Of a stretch of DNA of 64,000 nucleotides, positions 39,945 to 51,185 are shown one piece after another. Made by a program: the position numbers and the translations under genes. Position 1 is the first letter of the stretch, and every line of letters begins with the position of its first letter. The DNA lies in contig NC_057720.1 in assembly GCF_004010195.1 (NCBI RefSeq), positions 12,854,051 to 12,918,050 on the forward strand. Direction: 5' to 3'. Source of the DNA: Chiloscyllium plagiosum. Its lineage: Eukaryota. Under the pieces are notes generated by a model, which was given only the letters and a program-made list of their open reading frames with translations, was not told the DNA's origin and made no database searches.

Positions 39945-42305
39945 CTGCCTCAGCTACTGTATTGATACTCCTCCATGTTGAACAAACATTTGAGGAAGTA
40001 CTGAGGAAGGCAAGGACACAAAATGTACTTTGGGCGAGGCATTTCAATGTCCACCATCAAGGAGGGCTCAGCAGCAGTGCTACTGATCGAACTGGTAAGG
40101 TCCTAAAGACCAAGCTACCAGACTGGGTCTGCAGCAGGCGGTGAGGGAATCAACGTACCTGACCTCATCCTTACCAATCTGCTGACTGCAGATGCATCTG
40201 TCCATGACAGTATCAGTAAGAGCGACCACTGCACAATCCTTGTGGAGATGAAGTCCCACCTTCACATTGAGAACACCCTCCATTGTATTGTGCACTGTGC
40301 TACATGAGACAGACTTTGAACAGATCGAAAAACTCAAGACTTGGCATCCATGAGGCACTGTGGGCCATCAGCTGGACAGAATTGTCTTCAGCACAACTCA
40401 ACCTCATGGCCCAGCACATCCCCCACTGAACTATTACTATCAAGCCAGGGAATAAATCCCGTTTCAATGGAGAATGCAGAAGGCATATCTGAACATGAGG
40501 TGTCTACCTGGTGAAAGTACCAAACAGGATTACTTGTAATTCAAACAGCACAAGTGATCCCACAATCAATGGATCAAAGCTCTGCAGTCCTGCCACATCC
40601 AGTCGTGAATGGCGGTGGACGATTCTACAATTAAATGGAGGAGGATGCTCCACAAATATCCCCATCCTCAATGATGGAAGAATCCAACACAGTGTGAAAG
40701 ATAAGGCTGAAGCATTTACAGCAACCTTCAGCTACAAATACCAAGTTCCATCTGGACCTCCTCCAGTGGTCCCTGGCATCATAGATGCCAGTCTTCAGCT
40801 AGTTTGATTCACTCCATGTGAGATCAAGAAATGTTTGGAAAGATTGGATATTGCAAAGGCTACGGGCCCTGACCACATTCCGGCAATTGTACAGAAGACT
40901 TGTGCCCCAGAACTTGAACTCCCTTAACCAAGCTCTTCCAGTTCAGTTAAAACTGGCATCTATCTGACAATGTAGACAATTGTCCAGGTATGCCCTGTAC
41001 ATAAAAAGCAGAATAAATCCAATGTAGCCAATTGCCACCCCATCAGTATAAATGCAATCATCAGTAAAGTGATGGAAGGTGACATCAACAATGCTATAAA
41101 GTAGCACCTGCTTCACAATAACCTGCTCAATGACATCCATTTTGAGTTCCACCAGGGCCTGTCAGCTCCTGACTTTACTCAAGCTTTAGTCCAAACATGG
41201 ACAAATGAGCTGAATTCCAGAGGGGAGGCGAGGATGTGTGTGACCAAGTATTAAGGAGCCCTAGCTAAACTGGAATCAATGGGAATCAGGGAGCAAACTC
41301 TCTGCCAATTGGAATCATACTTGGCACATAGGAAGATGGTTGTGGTTATTGGAGGTCAGTTATCCCAGCTCCCGGACATCTCTTTAGGGTTCCTCAGGTT
41401 AGTGTCCTCAGCCCAACCTCCTTCAGCTGCTTCATCAATGACCATCCCTCCAACATTAGGTCAGAAGTGAGGATGTTCACTGATAATTGCACAATGTTCA
41501 GCACCATGCATGACACCTCAGATACTGAAGCAGTCCATATTCAAATGCAACAAGATCTTGAAAATATCCAGGATTAGGCTGACACGCTCCAAGGAACATT
41601 TGCACGCACAAATGTCGGGCTGTGATCATCAACAAAAAGAGACAATTTAAATTGTTACCATCATTGAAACACCCACTATCAATATCCTGCTGGTTACCAC
41701 TGACCAGAGCCTCAACTGGACTCACCATATAAACACAGTGGTTACAAAAGCAGGTCAGATGCTTGGAACACTGCGGTAACTCACCTCCTGACCCCTGAGA
41801 TCCTGTCCACCACATACAAGGCACAAGACAGGAGTGTGATGGAATGCTCCCCACTTGCCTAGGGGGGTTCAACTCCGACAACACTCAAGCAACTTGACAC
41901 CATCAAGGACAAAGCAGCTCATTTGATTGGCATTACCTCCACAACAACCACTCCCTCCACCACCATCGCTTAGTGGTAGCAGTGCGTACTATCCATAAGA
42001 TGCGCTGCAGAAATTCACCAAATATCCTCAGGTAGAACCTTTCAAACCCATGACCACTTCCTTCTAGAAGGACAAGGGCAGCAAAGACATGGGAACATTC
42101 AAGTTCCCCTCCAAATCATTGACCATTCTGACTTGGAAACATATCCGCATCCCTTCACTATTGCTAGGTAAAAGAAATGTCTGAAATTCCTTCCCTAAAG
42201 GCATTGTGGGTCAAGCCACAGCATGTGGACTGCAGTGGTTCAAGAAGATAGCTCATCATCACCTTCTCACTGGTAACTACGGATGGGCAGTAGATGCTGG
42301 CCAGT
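39945..42305 (+). mobile_element. Old LINE of a different CR1/L2-like family (endonuclease-RT remnants plus 3' UTR)
   Basis: FNVHHQ and LESYLAHRKMVVVIGGQ; tail ...caccttctc...gggatgggca-type; further 3' pieces at about 45920-46240 and 46950-47395. Confidence 0.75.
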
Positions 42306-42708
42306 TGGACAAAAGGCAATCATTGTTGTAAATAACCAATTAATGACCTTTCGGGAAGGAAATCTGCCAACGTTATCTGACGTACATGTAACTCCAGTCT
42401 CAGAGACTGTAGTTGACTTTAACTACCCTTAAAATGCCCAGAAAGTCATTCAGTTCAAAGGCAATTAGAGATGGGCAATAAATACTGCTGTTGCCAATAA
42501 CACCCACATCCCACGTATAAAAAGGAAACATTTGCTTGAATTAATGCAACCAAAACAATCATCAGAAAAAATCTTGAAACTATCTCGGGCATAGCAGCCT
42601 GCTTAATACTAACTTTAATTTTTTATCAATATTATTTTTAATGCAATTTGTAAATAAATCGACTGAAAGGCAGTGAGCTGCAAATTACATTTTTTTTTAA
42701 TTCAACAG

Positions 42709-42917
42709 GAGAATTGTATTAACAGACTCCGACAAGCAGCCGAGATATTCTTACTTCAGATCATTGAAGCAAAATCACTTTTAACAATACTGCAACTATT
42801 CAATCACATTTGAAAGTGATTGATAATGAAGGTGTGAGGAATCAACTTGTCCAATTGCTACCTACAACAGCTAATGGAGGGAAAAATATCTGCGCAGGAG
42901 TCCAGACTGGTTTTCAG
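42709..42917 (+). CDS. CLCA: CLCA exon 7, vWA, frameshifted
   Basis: caacag|GAG...CAG|gtagaa; 209 nt between phase-0 junctions (not a multiple of 3). The incoming frame reads ENCINRLRQAAEIFLLQIIEAKS and reaches TGA at 42811-42813. Homology continues in another frame: TFNNTATIQSHLKVID...GGKNICAGVQTGFQ. Confidence 0.9.
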
Positions 42918-43004
42918 GTAGAAACTGAAATGCTTCAGCAAACTTTAGTAACTCATTTTAATTTTCAGTTTTCCCACGTTGACAATAACTTAATGGCTTT
43001 GCAG

Positions 43005-43182
43005 GTACTTGGTGGTGATGACGGTGCTACAAATGGTGATGAAATCGTTTTGCTGACTGATGGGGAGGACAGCGGGATAAGCAGTTGTTTCTCGGAGGTG
43101 GAACAAAGTGGTGCAGTTATCCACACGATAGCATTAGGACCGAATGCAGCCACAGAGCTGGAACAGATGTCAACACTGACAG
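43005..43182 (+). CDS. CLCA: CLCA exon 8, vWA
   Basis: ttgcag|GTA...ACAG|gtaata; 178 nt, phase 0-1; VLGGDDGATNGDEIVLLTDGEDSGISSCFSEVEQSGAVIHTIALGPNAATELEQMSTLT. Confidence 0.96.
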
Positions 43183-43817
43183 GTAATAAGAACACACAGA
43201 ATTTCTCATGAATTCTTGGGAGACAAACACAACTTCAAGCCTTTTTGTTTCAAGTTCTGCTCCCAACTTTTATTGTGGCGGAAGTGTTAATAGGTTTAAA
43301 ATAAACTGGGTGGGCCCTCAGTGAAAATACTGGACAAAAGAATTTCAGTTGAGAACATTCCAATTACAAGGCAGACTCCGACAGGAAGTTGGTGGGACTT
43401 TACTCCTGGCATTGTCCATAAGTAGAGCTAACAGGAAGTTAGCCAAGTCGATTTATTTATTTAAAGTGATGTCACACAACTTTGATGTACAATAGAAGCC
43501 ATTGACATGTCCATATTTCTAGTCAGTCAGAGTTGATTCTCCAAGCTAACTGTTAATATTGCAGGTAATGGGAACATAATGGCTACCACTGCCATTTTAA
43601 TTCTTCTTCCCTCAACTATACATTGCTCCTGCTAATCAGACAGGATTAAAATCAATGTTAACATGTTCAATAGTTTTATTCCAAACAATTTGGGCAGTTA
43701 CTGTCACATTGCAGAAATCTCTGATGCCTCCTTCTTCATTTCGGTCTCAATTGGCATTGCCCATTGACCATGTATTTGATCCATGTTTATAACTTTCTTA
43801 CCCTCTCCTTTCTCTAG

Positions 43818-43924
43818 GGGGTCGACAGTTTGCAGCCACTGATAAAGTGGATGCAACTGGATTAAGCGATGCCTTCTCTTCAATAGTATCAGGAAATGGT
43901 GACATTAGTGAACAGTCAATTCAG
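43818..43924 (+). CDS. CLCA: CLCA exon 9
   Basis: tctctag|GG...CAG|gtctgt; 107 nt, phase 1-0; GGRQFAATDKVDATGLSDAFSSIVSGNGDISEQSIQ. Confidence 0.93.
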
Positions 43925-44010
43925 GTCTGTTTTTCCTCAGATAATGACTTTCAAATTATCCTTTCATTAACTTAACATTAGATTCAATAGATCCATTTCT
44001 TTGGTCCCAG

Positions 44011-44232
44011 CTTGAAAGTTTTGGAACAAAGGTTGAAGATGATACTTGGTTAAATGGAACAGTTGTCATCGATAAGACCATTGGGAACGACACATTTTTT
44101 GTTATTTCATGGCGGAAGCAGACACCAGAAATGTTTGTATATGACCCCAGTGGAAATGTGTACAACAACAGTGACTTTAAGATTGATAGTACAACACGTA
44201 CGGCCCGTCTGAACATTCCTGGCACTGCACTG
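44011..44232 (+). CDS. CLCA: CLCA exon 10, beta-sheet-rich domain
   Basis: gtcccag|CTT...CTG|gtacgg; 222 nt, phase 0-0; LESFGTKVEDDTWLNGTVVIDKTIGNDTFFVISW...DPSG...ARLNIPGTAL. Confidence 0.94.
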
Positions 44233-44378
44233 GTACGGATCAAAATGTCTCCTTCAATTCTTCATGTTCTGCAGTGTACATTGTATCATTGTTAATCATG
44301 TTTTCCAGCAGAGTCATTGGACAGCAGCATGTTTACTCTCAACCATCCTCTATTTTGACAATTATACAGTGCAGTCTT

Positions 44379-44655
44379 TCACATGATCTCTGCCTTTAGC
44401 CAGTTGAGTACACAGCACACATGGAGTGAAACAAAATGGCTATGTTACAATTTGAAATGTATCACTTCTTCCAATGCATTGGTGAGGACATGGGCATTAG
44501 GGTCATTCAATCACATGATCTCTGCCATTAGCCAGTTGAGTACACAGCACACATGGAGTGAAACAAAATGGCTATGTTACAATTTGAAATGTATCACTTC
44601 TGCATGGTACAGCTTCCAATGCATTGGTGAGGACATGGACATTAGGGTCATTCAA
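44379..44655. repeat. Recent tandem duplication (132 + 145 bp)
   Basis: Copies differ by 2 substitutions and one 13-nt indel. Confidence 0.92.
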
Positions 44656-46330
44656 TGCCATTGAGAGCCTTGGGAACCCATGGAGGCATCATAAGCGAGG
44701 ATAATCCTGAGTTCACCTCAATATTGCTGACACACTTTCAAGTAAAGAGTATTAAACATTCTAAAGTGCCAGAGAGTATGCTCAAGACAGAGATTTGTAG
44801 ATTTCCAGATGTTGAAGACATTAAGAGATATAGAGATAGTGCAGATCAATGGCATTGAGGTAGAAGATCATCCATGATCTGGTCAAATGACAGAGTAGAA
44901 TTGATGTTCATATTTCTATTCTTATGTCTTATGTTCCTGAGTGTACACAGTTTGATCAATGGTGCTTCAATGTCATATAAGAAAGACAAGTCAGTCCCTT
45001 AAATGACTTCTGTTATTCAGTGAGACCATGGCTGATTTGTCTCTCAAATCAATGTACTCAGTTTGGTTCTATACCCCTTGATATATTTGCCTTTCAATAT
45101 TCATTGTTCTCAGGTGTTGAAAATTTATTTAAGTAGCAAATCAAAATTCTAAATTTCAATTAGTTCTTGTGTGTTTCCTCACTTCAACCTCTACAACTGT
45201 TCCCTCATCTTGTCTGGATGCTCCCAATGGAGGCAATAAAATTCTCTGATTACCATAAACACTCTGATTAAATCACCCTAAATTGTCTATAGTTATAGCA
45301 AAACCATCTCAGTTCATTAAAAACATTTCCTCCTTATTTAATCCTCATCACAGCAGGACCATTACAAAGAATCTGTGCAATATATAAAATATATAAAAAT
45401 TGTCATTGCTGGGAAACCCAAATGGTTTGGCAGCATCTGTGGAGGAAGAAATAGAGTCCAATGCCCCTTCTTCAGAACCTATTCCATCTTTCCTGGTATG
45501 AGAAAGTGATACTGCAGATGCAGTATTCCCAGAGCTTTACACCGCTGGGATCATAACATCCACACCATGTATTCCAGCCCCTCGAAATGAAGGCTAACAT
45601 TCTTGAAGCTGTCCATTAGTACAATGTGATCCACCTAGATCATTCCCACAACTACTATTCTCACAACTATTTGAATCTTTTCTTGCTGGCGATGGAGTGA
45701 ATTATCTCATACTTCCCTGCACTGAACTCCCTCCATGATGGTTTTCATTATTCACTTATTGAATTTCTGTTCCTTTCTGCTCCCTATTCACTGTGCTAAA
45801 CAATTCAGTGTTGATCATGGTGGGTGCCATGTCCATTTGTTTTTCTCTCCCCCAACAAGTGACACTGAGGGCATTTGTAAAGTTTCCCAGTACCTAAGCT
45901 CATACCAACAAAGAAGGCACAAACCAGCAAGAAAATCTGGGACTTACCTGGACTGCATTGAACAACTGCAGGATACAGTACAGCAACTCAACGAGACCAT
46001 GGCTACACCTCCATCCAAATCCAAGAGCTCTGCCATTTAGAATGATCAAGGCAGCAGGAACTCCTTCAGTTGCAAGTTCCCTTTCAAGTCAATGCCATTC
46101 TGATTTGGAACTGTTCCATTATTTCTTGATGAACGCTGGGTCAAAATCCTGGTACTTTCTTGACGTAGCAACACTCCCCTAGCTAGAGCACAACAGTTCA
46201 AACCACTTTCTCAAGGACACTTGGGAATGGGCAATGAGCAGATATTCTCCAGGTGAATTTAGAGAAAGCATTCAGGTGTTGCAGAAGCTCTCACCTATCC
46301 AGCTGTTGAAAATAAATATTTTTATTCCAG

Positions 46331-46592
46331 ACAGGTACTTGGAATTATGCCATCCTGAATCCTGGCATTGAACAGGTTGTAAGTATTGTAATGACATCCC
46401 GAGCAGCAGATGAAAAAGTTCCCTCGGTCACGGTCGATGTGCACATCAGTGAAAAGGATTTGGTTGGTGTTAGGCCAATTTACGCAGAAGTCAGTCAGAG
46501 ATTCTCACCCGTCCTGTTTGCAAACGTGACGGTTATTATCGAACTACCAACTGGCCCAACAATTGAACAGGAACTTTCTGAAGATGGCCTGG
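46331..46592 (+). CDS. CLCA: CLCA exon 11
   Basis: attccag|ACA...CTGG|gtgaga; 262 nt, phase 0-1; TGTWNYAILNPGIEQVVSIVMTSRAADEKVPSVTV...IYAEVSQRFSPVLFANVTVIIE...ELSEDGL. Confidence 0.94.
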
Positions 46593-47963
46593 GTGAGACT
46601 GATGATGTGACTCGATAAAGTGAAATGTATATTCAGTGTCTGTTATGCACATATATCTAATTATAACCTCCAGAACATAAAATATATCACAATTAAGCCT
46701 GATGGACCTGTTGACTGTTCGGACACTCAAAGTAGTGCTCGCAGGGAATATGGGCTTTGACTACATTGACTCTGGACCCCATGAGTTCTCATGGCTTCAG
46801 ATCAAACATGGGCAAAGAATCCTTTACTACATACTACCTCTCCACCCACTACCCCACCCATGCACACAGCCAACACCCCCACCCACATCTCCCTGCCCCT
46901 CATGCCCCCCCATTCGACTGATAATTCAGTGCTACCCTATATTGAACAACACTTGACACCATTCATGCCAAAGCAGCCAGCTTGATTGGCATCACATCTA
47001 CAAACATCCACTTCCTGTCACCCAGTAGCAGCAGTGTGTACTATCCAGAAGATGCATTGCAGAAATTCACCTGAGATCCTGAGAGAGCACCTTCCAAACT
47101 CACAACCACTTTCATCTCGAAGGATAGAGGCAGTTGAAACATGGCAACACAATTATCGGCAAGTTCCACTCCAAGCCACTCAACATCCTCACTTGGAAAT
47201 ATGTCGTCATTCCTTCACTGTCATGGGTTAAAATCCTGGAATTCCCTCCCTAAAGGCATTGTGTGCCTATTTACAGTACATGGACTACAGCAATTCAAGA
47301 AGGCAGCTCACCATCATCTTCTCAATAGCACCTAGGGACAGGCAATAAATGCTGGCCCAGTCAGTGACACCCACATCCCATGAGTGAATACATTAAAGAA
47401 AACCTTCAGATTCAGACAATAGGCATTAACCTTCTTGGCTACCTGCTCCTACTCCAGTCTGAGGATGGGTCTTGAGGATCTCATGGCCCCATTCCCTCAA
47501 GATCCATGATGTCTCTCCTCCTCTGCACCTCCACCACAGAAGGCTGGCTTCAGCACCTTTTCCCCACTCAGTACACTCTTAAACGCAGTGGCAGTCAGCA
47601 GTGCAGGGTACACATAGTTCCCACTATGTACATCAGATGGCAGGGTAAGATTAATGTGTTTCCTATCTACACCAGGCTTGGATTGAGCAGCTCATGAATC
47701 ATAAACACAGTGCCTGAGAATCAGCGCAAAACCAATTTTTAACTCCCAAAGTTGCATTTGTATTAATAAATTATGTTAAACAAAGATATTTTGCATTTAT
47801 AACAATTCACAAAACAATTAAAGTGATTGGGATTTGAACTTAGAATTCCCAGATCAATTTGACTTTGCACTTGTCATCAGTGATATCAGTGCCAATCCAA
47901 ATACTGTGCAATTATTCCATGCTTCACTCAGTCTGCAGCTACTTACCCTTTCCTTGCCTTTAG

Positions 47964-48131
47964 GTGCTGACATTGTCAAAAATGATGGTATTTACACAAA
48001 GTATTTCCACAAGTATTCTGGATATGGAGGATACAGCTTTAAAGTACGTGTGCAGGGAAAGGAAGGGAAGGCAAAGGCAGCGATCCGAACAGGAGGACAT
48101 TCCTTTTACATACCGGGATACACAGAAAATG
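47964..48131 (+). CDS. CLCA: CLCA exon 12, includes the autocleavage-site region
   Basis: cctttag|GT...AATG|gtaaac; 168 nt, phase 1-1; GADIVKNDGIYTKYFHKYSGYGGYSFKVRVQGKEGKAKAAIRTGGHSFYIPGYTEN. Confidence 0.95.
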
Positions 48132-49072
48132 GTAAACAATATTTGGCAACAGCAGTATCAGAAATGAAATAACTGAAGAATCGTCCGGTGAGGCTTTGAG
48201 GGTGGAGCTAAGAAATAAGTAGGGAGTGGTGACATTACTGTAGTAGTACTATAGGCCCCCAAATAGTCAATGGGAATTAGAGGAACAAATATGCGGGAAG
48301 ACTGGGGAGACTCGCAGGAGAAATAGGCTTGTCATAGTAGGGGATTTTAATCTTCCCAACCTAGACTGGGACTGCCATTACATTAAGAGCTTAGATGGGC
48401 TGGAATTTGTTAAGTGTGTTCAGGAAAGTGCATTTCCTATGGCAGTATATGGAGGGTCCTACTCAGAAGGGGCAAAAGTCGACCTATTCTTGGGAAATAG
48501 GGCAGGACAGGTGACTGAGGTGACAGTGGGGGAGCACTTTGGGACCAGTGACCATAGTTCTATTAATTTTAAAATAGTGATGGAGGGGGACAAAACTGGT
48601 CGACAGTTTCAAGATCTAAATGAGAGCAAGGCAAATTTTGATGGAATTAGACAGGAGCTTGCAGGGGTTGGTTGAAGTAGTTTGTTTCCAGGCAAAGGGA
48701 TCTCCGGGATGTGGGAGGCCTTTAAAACTGAGATAGCTAGACTTCAAAGTCTACACATTCATGGAAGGGTGAAAGGCAAGATTGAAAGGAATAGGGAACC
48801 CTGGATGACAAGAAATATTGAGACTTTGACCAGAAAAAAGGACTTATGGCTCAGGTACAGGCAGCTGGGATCAAGGGAGTCTCTGGAGGTAAATAGGGGA
48901 TCCAGGAGTTTACTGAAGAAGGTAATGAGGAGGGCAAAAAGAGGGCATGAGATAGTCTTGGCTGAGAAAATTTAAGGTGAATCCAAAGATGTTATTCAAG
49001 CATATTAAAAGAAAGAATAACTAGAGAGAGAATCGGGCCCCTCAAAGACCAAAGTAGACATGTATGTATAGA

Positions 49073-50233
49073 CATGTATTGACAAAACCCTAGCCAGAGA
49101 AACAATAGCCAACCTGCTGAACAGACATAACAGACAACAGGACGTTGAACCCATCAACAAAGACGGCATACTTAAACTACTGGATTTGTTCCTCACAACA
49201 CACTTCACATTCAACAACCAGATATACGAACAAATCAATGGGACACCCATGGGCTCACCGATCTCGGGACTCATAGCAGAAGCAGTAATGCAAAGGTTAG
49301 AACAAACAGTCTTACCACAAATTCAACCCAAACTCTGGGTCAGATACGTTGATGACACCTTTGTAATCATTAAAAACACAGAAATAGAGAATACACACTG
49401 GATCATCAACTCCACACTCACAGGAATACTTGTAAATCTTTTCTGCACCCTTCCGTTATGATATGATGGAGACCAGAACTACACGCAATATTCCAAAAAG
49501 TGCCCTAACCAATGTTCTATACTGTCGTGACATGACTGCAAATTCCTTCACTCAAATCTATGATCAATAAGGAAAGCATACCAAGTTGACAACGGTACGA
49601 GGACATGCCGCAACCCAAAGGACTAGCAACACTACCACACATCAAGACCATCTCTGAAATGACAGCCAGACTACTGCGACCACTAAGACTTATAACAGCA
49701 CACAAACCAACAGCCACTCTCAGACAACAACTCACCAAAACGAAGGACCCGATACCCAGCATGAGCAAAACTAACAGTGTACAAAATCCCATGCAAGGAC
49801 TGCACAAAACACTACATAGGACAAACAGGAAGACAGCTAACGATCCGCATCCACGAACATCAACTAGCCACGAAACGACACGACCAGCTATCCCTCGTAG
49901 CCACACACACAGACGACAAGCAACATGAATTTGACTGGGACAACACTACCATTATAGGGCAAGCGAAACAAAGAACAGCCAGGGAATTCCTAGAATCTTG
50001 GCACTCATTCGCAAACTCCATCAACAAACGCATAGACCTGGACCCAATATACCGGCCACTACAGCGGACAGCTGAAACTGACAACCGGAAGCGGCAGGGA
50101 CAGGCCACTATAAATGCCAGAGGAAACACCACAGAAGCGCTTCACAGGAGGCTCCCAAGCACTGAGGATGTCACCTAGACAGGGGACGAAATGTTTGCAA
50201 CAAAAACTTCCAGCTCGGCAAACAGAACCACAG
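49073..50233 (+). mobile_element. Penelope-like element, second family (RT, GIY-YIG, pLTR)
   Basis: GTPMGSPISG...WVRYVDD; YKIPCKDCTKHYIGQTGR...RIHEH; 14-bp TSD catgtatgtataga at 49059-49072 and 50234-50247. Confidence 0.92.
50159..50198 (+). ncRNA. Minimal hammerhead motif of the second Penelope family (one CpG change)
   Basis: gca CUGAGGA u gucaccu agac aggggac GAAAu GUU ugc; stem I gca/ugc. Confidence 0.55.
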
Positions 50234-50603
50234 CATGTATGTATAGAACCTGAGGAGATGGGCGAAGTCCTCAATGAATATTTCTCCTCTGTGTTTATCA
50301 TGGAGAAAGCCATAAAGACTTGGGAACTTGGGGAAGTTAGTGGTCATATCCTGGGGACAGCTCATACCATAGTAGAGGAGGGGTTGGATGGATTAGAATG
50401 TATGAAAGTGAATAAATCTCCTGGTCCTGACCAGATATATCCAAGAACATTGCAAGAGGCTGGAGAAGAAATTGCAGGGACCCTGTCAGATAATTAGCCA
50501 CGGGCAAGGTCCCAGAAGACTGGAGGGTAGCGAATGTTGTGCCTTTATTAAAGAAGGGTTGCAAAGCAAAATATGGGAACTATAGAACAGTAAGCTTAAC
50601 ATC

Positions 50604-50933
50604 GGCATGGTGGCACAGTGGTTAGCACTGCTGCCTCACAGCGCCAGGGACCTGAGTCCAATTCCCGCCTCGGGCAACTGTCTGTGTGGAGTTTGCACAT
50701 TCTCCCTGTGCCTGCTTGGGTTTCCTCTGGGTGCTCCAGATCCTTCCCATAGTCCAAAGATGTGCAGGTTAGGTGAATCGGCCATGCTAAATTGTCCGTA
50801 GTGTTAGGTGCATTAGTCAGGGGTGAATGTAGGGGAATGGGTCTGGGTGGGTTGCTCTTCGGAAGGTCGGTGTGGACCTGTTGGGCCGAAAGGCCTGTTT
50901 CCACACTGTAGTGTATCTAATCTAATCTAATCT
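50604..50933 (+). mobile_element. HE1-type SINE, full length
   Basis: tRNA head, V domain and (taatc)n tail. Confidence 0.9.
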
Positions 50934-51036
50934 GTGGTAGGTAAGTTACTTGAGAAGATTCTGTGAGATAAGATATACCTGCATTTGCAAAGACAGGGTT
51001 TGATTCATCAGCATGGCTTGGTGTGTGGGAGATCAT

Positions 51037-51185
51037 AGTTGAAATTTTATTGCTGGAACAGCACAGCAGGTCAGGCAGCATCCAGGGAACAGGAGATTCG
51101 ACGTTTCGGGCACAGGCCCTTCTTCAGGCCCTTCTTCAAAGTTTCAACTTTGATCTCCAGCATCTGCAGACCTCACTTTCTCCTC
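51037..51185. mobile_element. Penelope pLTR mini-element with an inverted segment; hammerhead core on - at 51096-51128
   Basis: 14-bp TSD gtgtgggagatcat at 51023-51036 and 51186-51199. Confidence 0.82.

Noticed and set aside
44383..44664. ORF with a repeated peptide; CRISPR-like repeat idea
   Set aside because: A simple two-copy intronic duplication in a vertebrate genome; no repeat-spacer array anywhere in the window.
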